DNA of 20,000 nucleotides from an uncultured virus (IMG/VR IMGVR_UViG_3300027563_000599). Taxonomy: Duplodnaviria > Heunggongvirae > Uroviricota > Caudoviricetes. The notes beneath the pieces are model-generated. The model was not told the DNA's origin. It was given only the letters and a program-made list of their open reading frames with translations, and did not search any database. The stretch lies in the IMG/VR virus record IMGVR_UViG_3300027563_000599; one strand, given 5' to 3'. Position numbers and translations under genes: made by a program. This document shows positions 8,303 through 16,519 of this stretch, one piece after another. Position 1 is the first letter of the stretch. Every line of letters starts with the position of its first letter.

Positions 8303-9312
8303 ATCTTTTTAAAAAAGCTGCGGTCTTTACTGACATACATTTTGGACTCAAGTCGAATTCGGTACTACACAACGAAGACTGTTTGGCTTTTGTGAAATGG
8401 GCCACAACCAAGGCTCGCGAAGAGGGTTGTGAAACCTGTTTGTTCCTGGGCGACTGGCACAATAACCGATCCAGTTTGAACATTGTCACACTGAACTACA
8501 GCCTACAAGCACTGGAGCACATGAATGCAAATTTTGACACTGTTTACTTTATCCCTGGCAACCACGATCTATATTATCGCGATAAACGTGATATACAAAG
8601 CGTGGAATGGGCTAAACATCTTCCGAATGTGGTCATATGTAACAATTGGTTTAATAGTGGCGACGTGGTTATCGCTCCTTGGCTCTGCGGAGATGATTAC
8701 AAGCGTATTCCCAAACTAACAGGCAAGTACATGTTTGGGCACTTTGAACTGCCCGGTTACTTGATGAACGCCATGGTAGAGATGCCGGACCACGGCGAAG
8801 TACGTAGAGAAGACTTCAACAACTTTGAACATGTGTTTACTGGACACTTTCACAAGCGGCAGACTAAAAAGAACATTACCTACATTGGCAATTGCTTTCC
8901 ACACAACTATGCCGACGCTGGCGATGATGAGCGTGGTATGATGATCTTAGAATGGGGCCAGGAACCAGCGTTTCATGCTTGGCCTGATCAACCGCGTTAT
9001 CGTGTGCTGGGGCTCAGCAACATTATTGATAATGCACCCACTTTACTTGCAAAAGACATGCATGTTCGTGTGCAGTTAGACATTGAGATTTCGTACGAAG
9101 AAGCCAACTTTATCAAAGAGACCTACATCAAAGAATACAGTCTTAGAGAAATGGCTCTGATTCCAAACAAGGCAGCCGGCGTAGATACAGACATGGCGCC
9201 AGGCGAAGTAAAGTTTGAGTCAGTGGATCAAATTGTCACAGACCAACTTACCAATATTGAGAGTGAGTTTTACGATAACAAACTATTGCTAAAGATTTAT
9301 CAGACTTTATGA
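8299..9312 (+). CDS. gp47: Recombination endonuclease subunit gp47 (Mre11/SbcD metallophosphoesterase)
   Basis: Motifs DIHFG, GDWH, GNHD, GHFE and GHFH. Confidence 0.93.
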   Translation: MNLFKKAAVFTDIHFGLKSNSVLHNEDCLAFVKWATTKAREEGCETCLFLGDWHNNRSSLNIVTLNYSLQALEHMNANFDTVYFIPGNHDLYYRDKRDIQSVEWAKHLPNVVICNNWFNSGDVVIAPWLCGDDYKRIPKLTGKYMFGHFELPGYLMNAMVEMPDHGEVRREDFNNFEHVFTGHFHKRQTKKNITYIGNCFPHNYADAGDDERGMMILEWGQEPAFHAWPDQPRYRVLGLSNIIDNAPTLLAKDMHVRVQLDIEISYEEANFIKETYIKEYSLREMALIPNKAAGVDTDMAPGEVKFESVDQIVTDQLTNIESEFYDNKLLLKIYQTL

Positions 9313-10109
9313 TTTATTGTGTTTGGTACCCCAGTGGTGGGTTTGGTCACTTTGTTAATGCTGTGCTGACCCTTCACGGTATTGGATTTGTTAGACCAAA
9401 GAATCAACTGAGATTTTCCAAAAACGGCAATAGTCATAATCTTGATCTAGTGGTCCCTAAGTATTCAAAAGAATGCTGGCCCGGTGGGATAGAATTTCTC
9501 AACGATAAAAATTATTGTGTGCTAGTGGACAACGGAATCAATAGCGAATCAACTCAATTCAAGTCTAATTTTCCTAACTCAAAAATTATTAAAATTTGCT
9601 ATTCTGACCGCAGTTGGCCTGTGGTGGCTCGTACCATGATTGAAAAAACCATGAAAAGTAGCATTGACAAACAATTGCCAACTGATAACTGGGACACCAG
9701 TGCTCCGTGGGCACAACGAGAAAAGTATTTTTTATTTTTACGTGATCATGATCTAAGACATGCCTGGAGATCCACAGATGACAGTGCATTGTACATAGAA
9801 GAATTATATGAAAATTATGATGAGTTTTTTAACATTGTAAACTCTTTTGTCAAAATAGAACAGTGTGAAGATTTATGGATGCAGTGGAGGAAATCAAATG
9901 CTGTTTATATTGATCCAGTTGTAATTGCCAAAAACATAGTAGGTGATGTACTTGCAAAATGGTCTACCGACTTAACCCATATCAAAGATGTTTGGACCCA
10001 AGCTGTGGTTTACTATTATATTTGGTTAAAGTTCGGAATAGAAGTTCCGCACAACGATTTTGCTGATTTTTTTTCTAATACCAAACAGATCATAGAGTTA
10101 GTTGAATGA
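9309..10109 (+). CDS. Hypothetical protein, possible P-loop/sulfotransferase-like fold (paralog of 7418-8302)
   Basis: 266-aa ORF with YCVWYPSGGFGHFV and FSKNGNSH motifs. ATGA overlaps at both ends. Confidence 0.5.
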   Translation: MIYCVWYPSGGFGHFVNAVLTLHGIGFVRPKNQLRFSKNGNSHNLDLVVPKYSKECWPGGIEFLNDKNYCVLVDNGINSESTQFKSNFPNSKIIKICYSDRSWPVVARTMIEKTMKSSIDKQLPTDNWDTSAPWAQREKYFLFLRDHDLRHAWRSTDDSALYIEELYENYDEFFNIVNSFVKIEQCEDLWMQWRKSNAVYIDPVVIAKNIVGDVLAKWSTDLTHIKDVWTQAVVYYYIWLKFGIEVPHNDFADFFSNTKQIIELVE

Positions 10110-10849
10110 AATTATTAACAATAGCAGATGGCTACGGAGATAGTGTCGCAGTACCGTTGTGGTACACCAAGTACTGGAAATGGCCGGAAATTATTAATTT
10201 GATGACCAAGGGTGTAACTCTCAATAACTGTAGTAGGTACGGAGCCGGCAACGAGTTTATTGTTAATCAGTTAAAAAATAATATTGATTCTGCCGACGTG
10301 GTAATGATACAGTGGGCAAAACCTAATAGATTAGATCTAGTTCTTGCCCATCTTGATTCTAAATTTTGGAAAGATGTTATTGCAAGTGATCAAGTGTACC
10401 ACAACAATGTGGCAGATTGTGGCAACAATAAATTTTGGATTAGCAGTGGGTCTCAGACTGAGGCCATTCAAGAATACCACCAACGGTATATATCTGTCAA
10501 ACAGCACCAAATGCGATCGCAAATATTTGTAGAGTATGCTAAAATGTTACTTGAGCATCACAATATTGATTATCGATTCATGCTTGTGGATGATAGTGAG
10601 TATCTCGGAATTGATGCCAATTGGGTTTGTCACGAACCATTCAAGGGCATGAATAATTTTAGGTACAAAAGCAAATATCGTGAGTTAGAATTAGGTATCA
10701 AACAACCTACTCCGTTAGTGGCATTTGATTTTATCAAGCAGTATATTATGCCCAGCATCGACTTACAATGGCGCAGTAGTCGCGAAATTGATGCAGTTGA
10801 AAACATGCTGTATCGACATTACCAGGAAGCCGTAAAAAATAAACCATGA
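10106..10849 (+). CDS. SGNH/GDSL hydrolase-like protein (divergent)
   Basis: GDS near the N-terminus, WP, N-x-S-x-x-GAGN (block II-like) and DVVMIQW (block III-like). QP stands where the catalytic HP is expected. Confidence 0.5.
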   Translation: MKLLTIADGYGDSVAVPLWYTKYWKWPEIINLMTKGVTLNNCSRYGAGNEFIVNQLKNNIDSADVVMIQWAKPNRLDLVLAHLDSKFWKDVIASDQVYHNNVADCGNNKFWISSGSQTEAIQEYHQRYISVKQHQMRSQIFVEYAKMLLEHHNIDYRFMLVDDSEYLGIDANWVCHEPFKGMNNFRYKSKYRELELGIKQPTPLVAFDFIKQYIMPSIDLQWRSSREIDAVENMLYRHYQEAVKNKP

Positions 10850-12927
10850 TCCAAATTAAAAATTTAACTGTTAAGAACTTTATGAGTGTGGGCAATGCTA
10901 CACAAGGTATTGACTTTAACCGTAACGACCTTACATTGGTACTGGGCGAGAACTTAGACTTAGGTGGCGATGGCTCGCGCAACGGCACAGGCAAGACCAC
11001 AATCATCAATGCATTGAGTTATGCCCTGTATGGACAAGCATTAAGCAACATTCGCAAGGATAATCTTGTGAACAAAACCAACAGCAAAGGCATGTTGGTC
11101 AGTTTGGACTTTGTTGTAAACGGTCAAGAATACAAGATTGAGCGTGGGCGTAAACCCAACGTATTGCGTTTTTATGTCAACAACGAAGCTCAAGTGGCCA
11201 CAGACGAAGCACAAGGTGACAGTCGCGAAACACAGGATGCCATTGAACGTGTTATGAACATGAGTCACGACATGTTCAAACATGTGTTGGCCTTGAACAC
11301 CTACACTGAACCATTCTTGAGTTTGAAGGCCAACGACCAGCGTAATATCATTGAACAGTTGTTGGGCATTACCTTGCTTTCGGAACGTGCAGATGCTATC
11401 AAAGAACTCAATCGTCAAACCAAAGACAGTGTCAGTCAAGAAGAATTCCGTATCCGTGCAGAACAAGAAGCTAACCGACGCATTGAAGAACAGATCGAAA
11501 GTTTGAAACGCAGACAAGTGCTGTGGCAGAAGAAGTACGACAGTGATGTTGCGTACCTTGTGGCACAATATGATGATCTAGCAAAAATTGATATTGAGGT
11601 AGAACTGCTGGCTCACAAAGATCTAGCTGTGTGGACCGCAAGAAAACAACAGCAAGACGCATACATTGCTCTTGTGGGTCGACAGACTGCATGGAAGCAA
11701 AAACAAGACCGAGACATTAGAGAGTTAGAATCATCTTACAATGATCTCAGTCATATTGATATTCAGGCAGAATTACAGGCACACGTGGACTTGGCCGCAC
11801 ACACACAACAAGCCAAGGACATTGCTGAGCTTGAGAAGCTGATTGCTAGGTGTGTAGTTGACGAAGAAAAAGAACAAAAGACCATTGACAAACTTCGGAC
11901 CGAAATTGAAGAGTTAAAAAATCACAAGTGCTATGCCTGTGGGCAAGACTTTCACGACGCCAATCACGAAACAGTGTTGGCCACTAAAGAAAAAGCCCTA
12001 CAAGAAGCCGCACTGCAAGCACTGGCTACCAACGGTCAGTGGATGGAAAATACAGATGCATTACGAGCACTAGGTGCCTTGGGTGCTAAACCTACCACAC
12101 ACTACCGAACAGAAACAGAAGCCATTCGTCATTCAAGTGAACTGGAAAACATTCAGCACAAGATTGATGCCAAACGTGCAGAAACAGACCCATATGCCGA
12201 ACAGCTGGCAGAGCACACGCCTGTAGAAGCGGGCACACCGCCTGTTACACACTACGATACAGAAGCACAAGCTGTTGATCATCGCGGTCGTATGAACACC
12301 TTGCTGACACAGATTGCCACTAAGGGTGAAGAGAAAGATCCTTATACTGAACAAATTGCCGAAATGCAACACCAGGCATTGCAGACTGTGAGTTATGATG
12401 CACTCAACGAACTCACACGCTTGCAAGAGCATCAAGACTTCTTACTCAAACTGTTGACATCAAAAGATTCATTTGTTCGCAAGAAGATCATTGATCAGAA
12501 TTTGAGTTACCTAAATTCAAGACTCACACACTATTTGGATCGTATTGGATTACCACACACTGTAAAGTTCCAGAATGATTTAACTGTAAGCATTGAAGAA
12601 CTGGGTCGTGAGTTGGACTTTGACAACTTGAGTCGTGGCGAACGTAACCGATTGATCTTGAGCATGAGCTGGGCATTCCGCGATGTATGGGAAAGTTTAT
12701 ACAGCCCAATCAACCTGTTGTTTATTGACGAACTGATTGACAATGGACTAGACACGCAAGGCGTGGAGAATGCATTGGCCTTGCTGAAGAAAATGAGTCG
12801 TGAACGTCACAAGTCAATCTGGCTCGTGAGTCACAGAGATGAGCTTGCTGGACGTGTGGAGAACATTCTCAAAGTGATCAAAGAAAACGGCTTTACTAGT
12901 TACAACACGGATGTTGACCTTGCGTGA
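10846..12927 (+). CDS. gp46: Recombination ATPase gp46 (Rad50/SbcC)
   Basis: KNFMS, Walker A NGTGKT, zinc hook CYAC, signature LSRGE, Walker B LLFIDE and H-loop VSH. Confidence 0.95.
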   Translation: MIQIKNLTVKNFMSVGNATQGIDFNRNDLTLVLGENLDLGGDGSRNGTGKTTIINALSYALYGQALSNIRKDNLVNKTNSKGMLVSLDFVVNGQEYKIERGRKPNVLRFYVNNEAQVATDEAQGDSRETQDAIERVMNMSHDMFKHVLALNTYTEPFLSLKANDQRNIIEQLLGITLLSERADAIKELNRQTKDSVSQEEFRIRAEQEANRRIEEQIESLKRRQVLWQKKYDSDVAYLVAQYDDLAKIDIEVELLAHKDLAVWTARKQQQDAYIALVGRQTAWKQKQDRDIRELESSYNDLSHIDIQAELQAHVDLAAHTQQAKDIAELEKLIARCVVDEEKEQKTIDKLRTEIEELKNHKCYACGQDFHDANHETVLATKEKALQEAALQALATNGQWMENTDALRALGALGAKPTTHYRTETEAIRHSSELENIQHKIDAKRAETDPYAEQLAEHTPVEAGTPPVTHYDTEAQAVDHRGRMNTLLTQIATKGEEKDPYTEQIAEMQHQALQTVSYDALNELTRLQEHQDFLLKLLTSKDSFVRKKIIDQNLSYLNSRLTHYLDRIGLPHTVKFQNDLTVSIEELGRELDFDNLSRGERNRLILSMSWAFRDVWESLYSPINLLFIDELIDNGLDTQGVENALALLKKMSRERHKSIWLVSHRDELAGRVENILKVIKENGFTSYNTDVDLA

Positions 12928-13783
12928 TATAAAAGTTCTACACCTAGAGCCCACTGATGTGTGCCAAGCGGCCTGCGCTTTGTGTGCTCGCGAAACAGAT
13001 CAAAATTTTAGAAAAGATCTTCAACATCATCTTTCAATGAGTCAAATCATCAAGGTATTTGGCCAAGAAAAAATCCAACAACTGGACAAAATGTTCATGT
13101 GTGGAGTGTATGGTGATCCTGCTGCTGGCAAGTACACATTGGACATCTATAGAGAATTCCGAAAACTTAACCCCAACATTGTGTTGGGCATGAACTCCAA
13201 TGGCAGCATACAAAGCACAATTTGGTGGCATGAACTGGGCACAATGTTCAATCAATCCCAAGACTATGTGGTATTTTCAATTGATGGTCTCGAAAGTACC
13301 AATCATGTGTATCGTAAAAATGTCTCTTGGACCAAGCTCATGCAAAACGCACAAGCGTTTATTGCAGCCGGAGGTTCTGCACACTGGGACATGTTGGTTT
13401 ATCGACACAATCAACACCAAGTGGATGAATGTGAGCAGTTGGCACGAGACATGGGGTTTACATGGTTTAGAGCCAAGGTCAGTCGACGAGGATTTACAGA
13501 TAACCTAGAACAGCCCATTGGTTGGCAGCTGCCAAACGTGCAAGGCACAAAAATAAACTGTCATGCACTCAATGAACAAAGTACATATATCGATGCACAG
13601 GGTCGAGAAAGTCCGTGCTGTTGGTTGGGGTCAAGACAAAAAGATTTTGTAACAGACTTTGAAGAAGTCAAGAACTCCTGGACCAGCATTCAACCCAATA
13701 TTGTTTGCATGGATGCTTGTGGTACTACCGATATTGAGACTAGTTTTAGCAAGCAATGGCAACGAGCAGTAGAATTATGTTAG
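12911..13783 (+). CDS. Radical SAM protein with C-terminal twitch/SPASM-like region
   Basis: CQAACALC (CxxxCxxC), CGVYGDP, FSIDG, and a C...IDAQG-x-x-x-PCC...CxxxC C-terminus. Confidence 0.88.
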   Translation: MLTLRDIKVLHLEPTDVCQAACALCARETDQNFRKDLQHHLSMSQIIKVFGQEKIQQLDKMFMCGVYGDPAAGKYTLDIYREFRKLNPNIVLGMNSNGSIQSTIWWHELGTMFNQSQDYVVFSIDGLESTNHVYRKNVSWTKLMQNAQAFIAAGGSAHWDMLVYRHNQHQVDECEQLARDMGFTWFRAKVSRRGFTDNLEQPIGWQLPNVQGTKINCHALNEQSTYIDAQGRESPCCWLGSRQKDFVTDFEEVKNSWTSIQPNIVCMDACGTTDIETSFSKQWQRAVELC

Positions 13784-14787
13784 CAACTTGGCATTTTCAT
13801 ATTGAGATTTCCAGCAAGTGTACCTTGCGGTGCCCCCGGTGTTCTCGGCAGGAAGTGCCCAACGGCCTTGTCAACACAGAACTAGATTTGGAATTTTTCA
13901 AACGTAACTTTACTCCAGAGTTTGTACAAACACATATAGAGAAAATTACATTTTGTGGCGACGACGGCGATCCCATCTATGCACATGACTTGATCCCGGT
14001 TATAGAATACATCAAAAGCATCAAGCCGGTAGAGATTGTGATCGTGACCAATGGCTCACATAAGAAAGTTCAATGGTGGACACAGTTGGGCCAACTGTTA
14101 GACTCCAATGACAGTGTACATTTCAGCATCGACGGGTATGATAACGACAGTAATAACATATATCGCATCAACAGTGATTACGACAGTATCATTTTAGGAC
14201 TAAAAACATTGCGAGCCACAAGTGATTGCAAAATTATCTGGGCCGCGATTGCATTCAAGTTCAACGAAGAACACTTGGACACTATGAAAGCGTTTGCACA
14301 CACTGTGGGAGTTGATCGATTTCAATTGACCAAGAGCACCAAGTTTGGCAGTGTGTATCCATCCTACGGGGTCAGCGATCCACTACAACCCAGTGTAAAA
14401 TACATCAGCAGTACACATCGCTTTGAACGTGAGTTCACTGCCTTGACACCACGGGACAAAGTGGAATCAATTTCCACTACCAACATTAAATTATTCAATC
14501 AAATTAAAAGCAGCAACGGCATTACTCCGTTGTGCATGATAGGCAACAAAGGCTTGTACATTGATGCCCGCGGTAGGTTATTTCCCTGCTGTTGGGTAGC
14601 AAATAGATACAGCCACAATTCAGACTGGCAGCAACTGGCAAACAATTTTGATCTACATAAAAAAACTTTAACAACTGTGCTGGCAGACACATTTTGGTCT
14701 ACAGAATTTCAAACATTTAAATGGCAGGAATGCCAGACCAAGTGCAAGAGTTCAGTGGTAGATAAAAATTATGCAACTGCCTGGTGA
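13777..14787 (+). CDS. Radical SAM protein with C-terminal twitch/SPASM-like region
   Basis: CTLRCPRC, CGDDGDP, TNG, FSIDG, YIDARG-x-x-x-PCC and CQTKC. Start at 13777 preferred by comparison with the upstream paralog. Confidence 0.88.
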   Translation: MLATWHFHIEISSKCTLRCPRCSRQEVPNGLVNTELDLEFFKRNFTPEFVQTHIEKITFCGDDGDPIYAHDLIPVIEYIKSIKPVEIVIVTNGSHKKVQWWTQLGQLLDSNDSVHFSIDGYDNDSNNIYRINSDYDSIILGLKTLRATSDCKIIWAAIAFKFNEEHLDTMKAFAHTVGVDRFQLTKSTKFGSVYPSYGVSDPLQPSVKYISSTHRFEREFTALTPRDKVESISTTNIKLFNQIKSSNGITPLCMIGNKGLYIDARGRLFPCCWVANRYSHNSDWQQLANNFDLHKKTLTTVLADTFWSTEFQTFKWQECQTKCKSSVVDKNYATAW

Positions 14788-14791
14788 TCCG

Positions 14792-14798
14792 ATAACTA
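14792..14798 (+). promoter_or_regulatory. Possible variant late promoter ATAACTA
   Basis: One mismatch to ATAAATA, 6 nt before the GIY-YIG ATG, with no SD in between. The same heptamer occurs on the minus strand at 18536-18542. Confidence 0.4.
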
Positions 14799-14804
14799 TG
14801 TTAC

Positions 14805-15233
14805 ATGACATGGTTCTACAACAATCAACTGATAGAAACTCTACCCGACGATTGTGTGGGCTTTGTCTATTTGATTACAAATAATCTTTCTGGACGCAAG
14901 TACATAGGCAAAAAATTAGCAAAATTTAGTAAAACAACGCAACGCACTGTCAAACTTAAAAACGGCACAAAGAAGAAGAAAAAGATACGATCAAAGGTCG
15001 ACTCAGACTGGAGAGAGTACTATGGGTCAAGCCCAGAATTGACTTCGGACATCGAAAAACTAGGCACCGAAAACTTCACCAGAGAAATACTTTACTATTG
15101 CAAATCCAAAAGCGAATGCAGTTACATTGAGGCACGGGAACAATTTGCAAGACAAGTATTAGAATCACGAGATTATTACAACGGCCATATACAAGTGCGT
15201 GTACATGGCTCACACATTATAAACAAACTGTAA
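14805..15233 (+). CDS. Short GIY-YIG nuclease-family protein (142 aa)
   Basis: GFVYLITN...RKYIGKK, YYGSS, FTREIL, a conserved Glu (YIEA) and YYN. Contains a Lys-rich insert. No C-terminal DNA-binding domains. Confidence 0.8.
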   Translation: MTWFYNNQLIETLPDDCVGFVYLITNNLSGRKYIGKKLAKFSKTTQRTVKLKNGTKKKKKIRSKVDSDWREYYGSSPELTSDIEKLGTENFTREILYYCKSKSECSYIEAREQFARQVLESRDYYNGHIQVRVHGSHIINKL

Positions 15234-15239
15234 GGCAGC

Positions 15240-15580
15240 ATTAACGACACTGTGTTGGGTGACATGGCCCAACCCCATTGAGGATATGTGAGATACCATA
15301 TTCAGATTCTTGGGCGTCAAAGGCAATTGCTAACTTAAGGCAACAAATGGTTTGGGCTCCGTTGAAAAAGATACGACCCATGCTTATAGGACTTGGATCT
15401 ACATCGGGTTACTAGGGTTCCGTTGATATGTGAAGCTTGAGTAGGGGGTACCGGTCAACCGCCTCCGCGCAGGAAACTGCAATCTCATTATGATAGATGA
15501 CTGGGCTACTCAGATAATGCTAGGCTCATCGTTCACCGTGCTTACGGTGAATTATGACCAGTTAATCTAGATAATACTTA
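15240..15580 (+). ncRNA. Candidate large structured non-coding RNA (family not recognised)
   Basis: ORF-free stretch in an otherwise gap-free genome. It has many stems with G-U pairs, a GCAG-GAAA-CTGC GNRA hairpin (15469-15480), a long-range TGAGTAG/CTACTCA helix (15438-15444/15506-15512) and TTCACCGT/ACGGTGAA (15532-15551). Confidence 0.6.
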
Positions 15581-15600
15581 AAGAAGAAGACAAAGAAAAA

Positions 15601-15643
15601 ATTGACGAGCAGAGCGAAGTCAATAGAACTTCGCAGAAGTTCT
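15601..15643. terminator. Tandem hairpins between convergent transcription units; probable terminator for the minus-strand operon
   Basis: ATTGAC/GTCAAT (15601-15624) and AGAACTTC-GCA-GAAGTTCT (15625-15643). The A-run at 15596-15601 gives a U-tract on the minus strand. Confidence 0.55.
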
Positions 15644-16185
15644 TAAATGGTTACGCCAAGTTCTTGCAGTTTAGCAACAAAGAATGATTGGCCTTGAGAA
15701 ACAGATTGTTGCCATGAGGTATGAGCAGAGTGATCTGCTTGATCAGTGATGTACTTGAAACAACGAAATTCAATACGATTACGCAGACAGACTTTGGCAA
15801 TGGCATAGGCTTCCATGTCTACTAGATCTGCAGGAATGTCTAGCTCTGGGTTCATCACAAAGTCATCGCCGGTGCTGCAGGTGAGTCCTGCTGTGCCAGT
15901 GGTTAAGATAATATCATCTTCAAATGGTGTTTGGCCATTGCTGCATCCTAGCCCCAGGCATCGGATATCACGTTGTACAAAATGACTGCATTCATGTAGT
16001 CCGGGCCCAACTGTTATGCCACCCGCTGTGCCAAGATTGATCACACGATCGGGTTGATATCGTTCAATCACCTGCGCCGCAGTCATGGCAGCATTTACTT
16101 TGCCAACTCCGGTATAAAACACATTCATCATGTGCCGTAGACCCGGAGCTTCAGCCTGCAAGGCAATTAAAACTATGGTTTTCAT
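15643..16185 (-). CDS. mtnN: 5'-methylthioadenosine/S-adenosylhomocysteine nucleosidase family protein
   Basis: TGVGKVNAA, INLGTAGG, STGDDFV, VDMEAYAIAKVC and KYITDQAD motifs of the PNP/UDP phosphorylase-MtnN family. Confidence 0.85.
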   Translation of the reverse strand: MKTIVLIALQAEAPGLRHMMNVFYTGVGKVNAAMTAAQVIERYQPDRVINLGTAGGITVGPGLHECSHFVQRDIRCLGLGCSNGQTPFEDDIILTTGTAGLTCSTGDDFVMNPELDIPADLVDMEAYAIAKVCLRNRIEFRCFKYITDQADHSAHTSWQQSVSQGQSFFVAKLQELGVTI

Positions 16186-16517
16186 TCAAAAGTGTCGGGC
16201 CAGTCACGGAACAGGGCATGTTGAATATCACCACTGACAAACTGATTGAAGCTCTTGTGTTTGACTTCCAGTTCGCCTTCCAACGGTGCTACACGTTTAA
16301 ATGCTGAGTCCATTTGACCCATATCTTTAAATTCCATAAGTATCATCCATTCTGGCATATCTGCAATTGAACGAAACCCCATCTTGCATCTAGTGATGCG
16401 ATAGTTTTCCATCTTGCCCTCAGATACCAAATGATCAAAAAAACTCCGCATCCCTGTGACCCAGTCAATATCAGAAATGTCACCTTCTTTGTTTGCCCAA
16501 ATTGTATAAATGTCCAT
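16182..16517 (-). CDS. Small conserved hypothetical protein (DUF6614-like, possible dimeric alpha-beta barrel)
   Basis: 111-aa ORF, coupled by an ATGA overlap. The YRITRCKMGF and EWMILMEF...ALFRDWPD patterns were recalled from a bacterial DUF. Confidence 0.45.
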   Translation of the reverse strand: MDIYTIWANKEGDISDIDWVTGMRSFFDHLVSEGKMENYRITRCKMGFRSIADMPEWMILMEFKDMGQMDSAFKRVAPLEGELEVKHKSFNQFVSGDIQHALFRDWPDTFE

Positions 16518-16519
16518 AA

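Noticed and set aside
11041..12755. Minus-strand ORFs inside gp46
   Set aside because: They are antisense to a well-conserved gene and have no independent support.
15240..15600. tRNA or tmRNA gene in the intergenic gap
   Set aside because: No cloverleaf with a TTCGA T-loop and acceptor stem/CCA end was found by eye.
14805..15640. Group I intron carrying a GIY-YIG homing endonuclease
   Set aside because: No interrupted host gene: the upstream radical SAM ORF is complete and the downstream gene is convergent. I could not identify P7/catalytic core motifs by eye. Not fully excluded without a covariance search.
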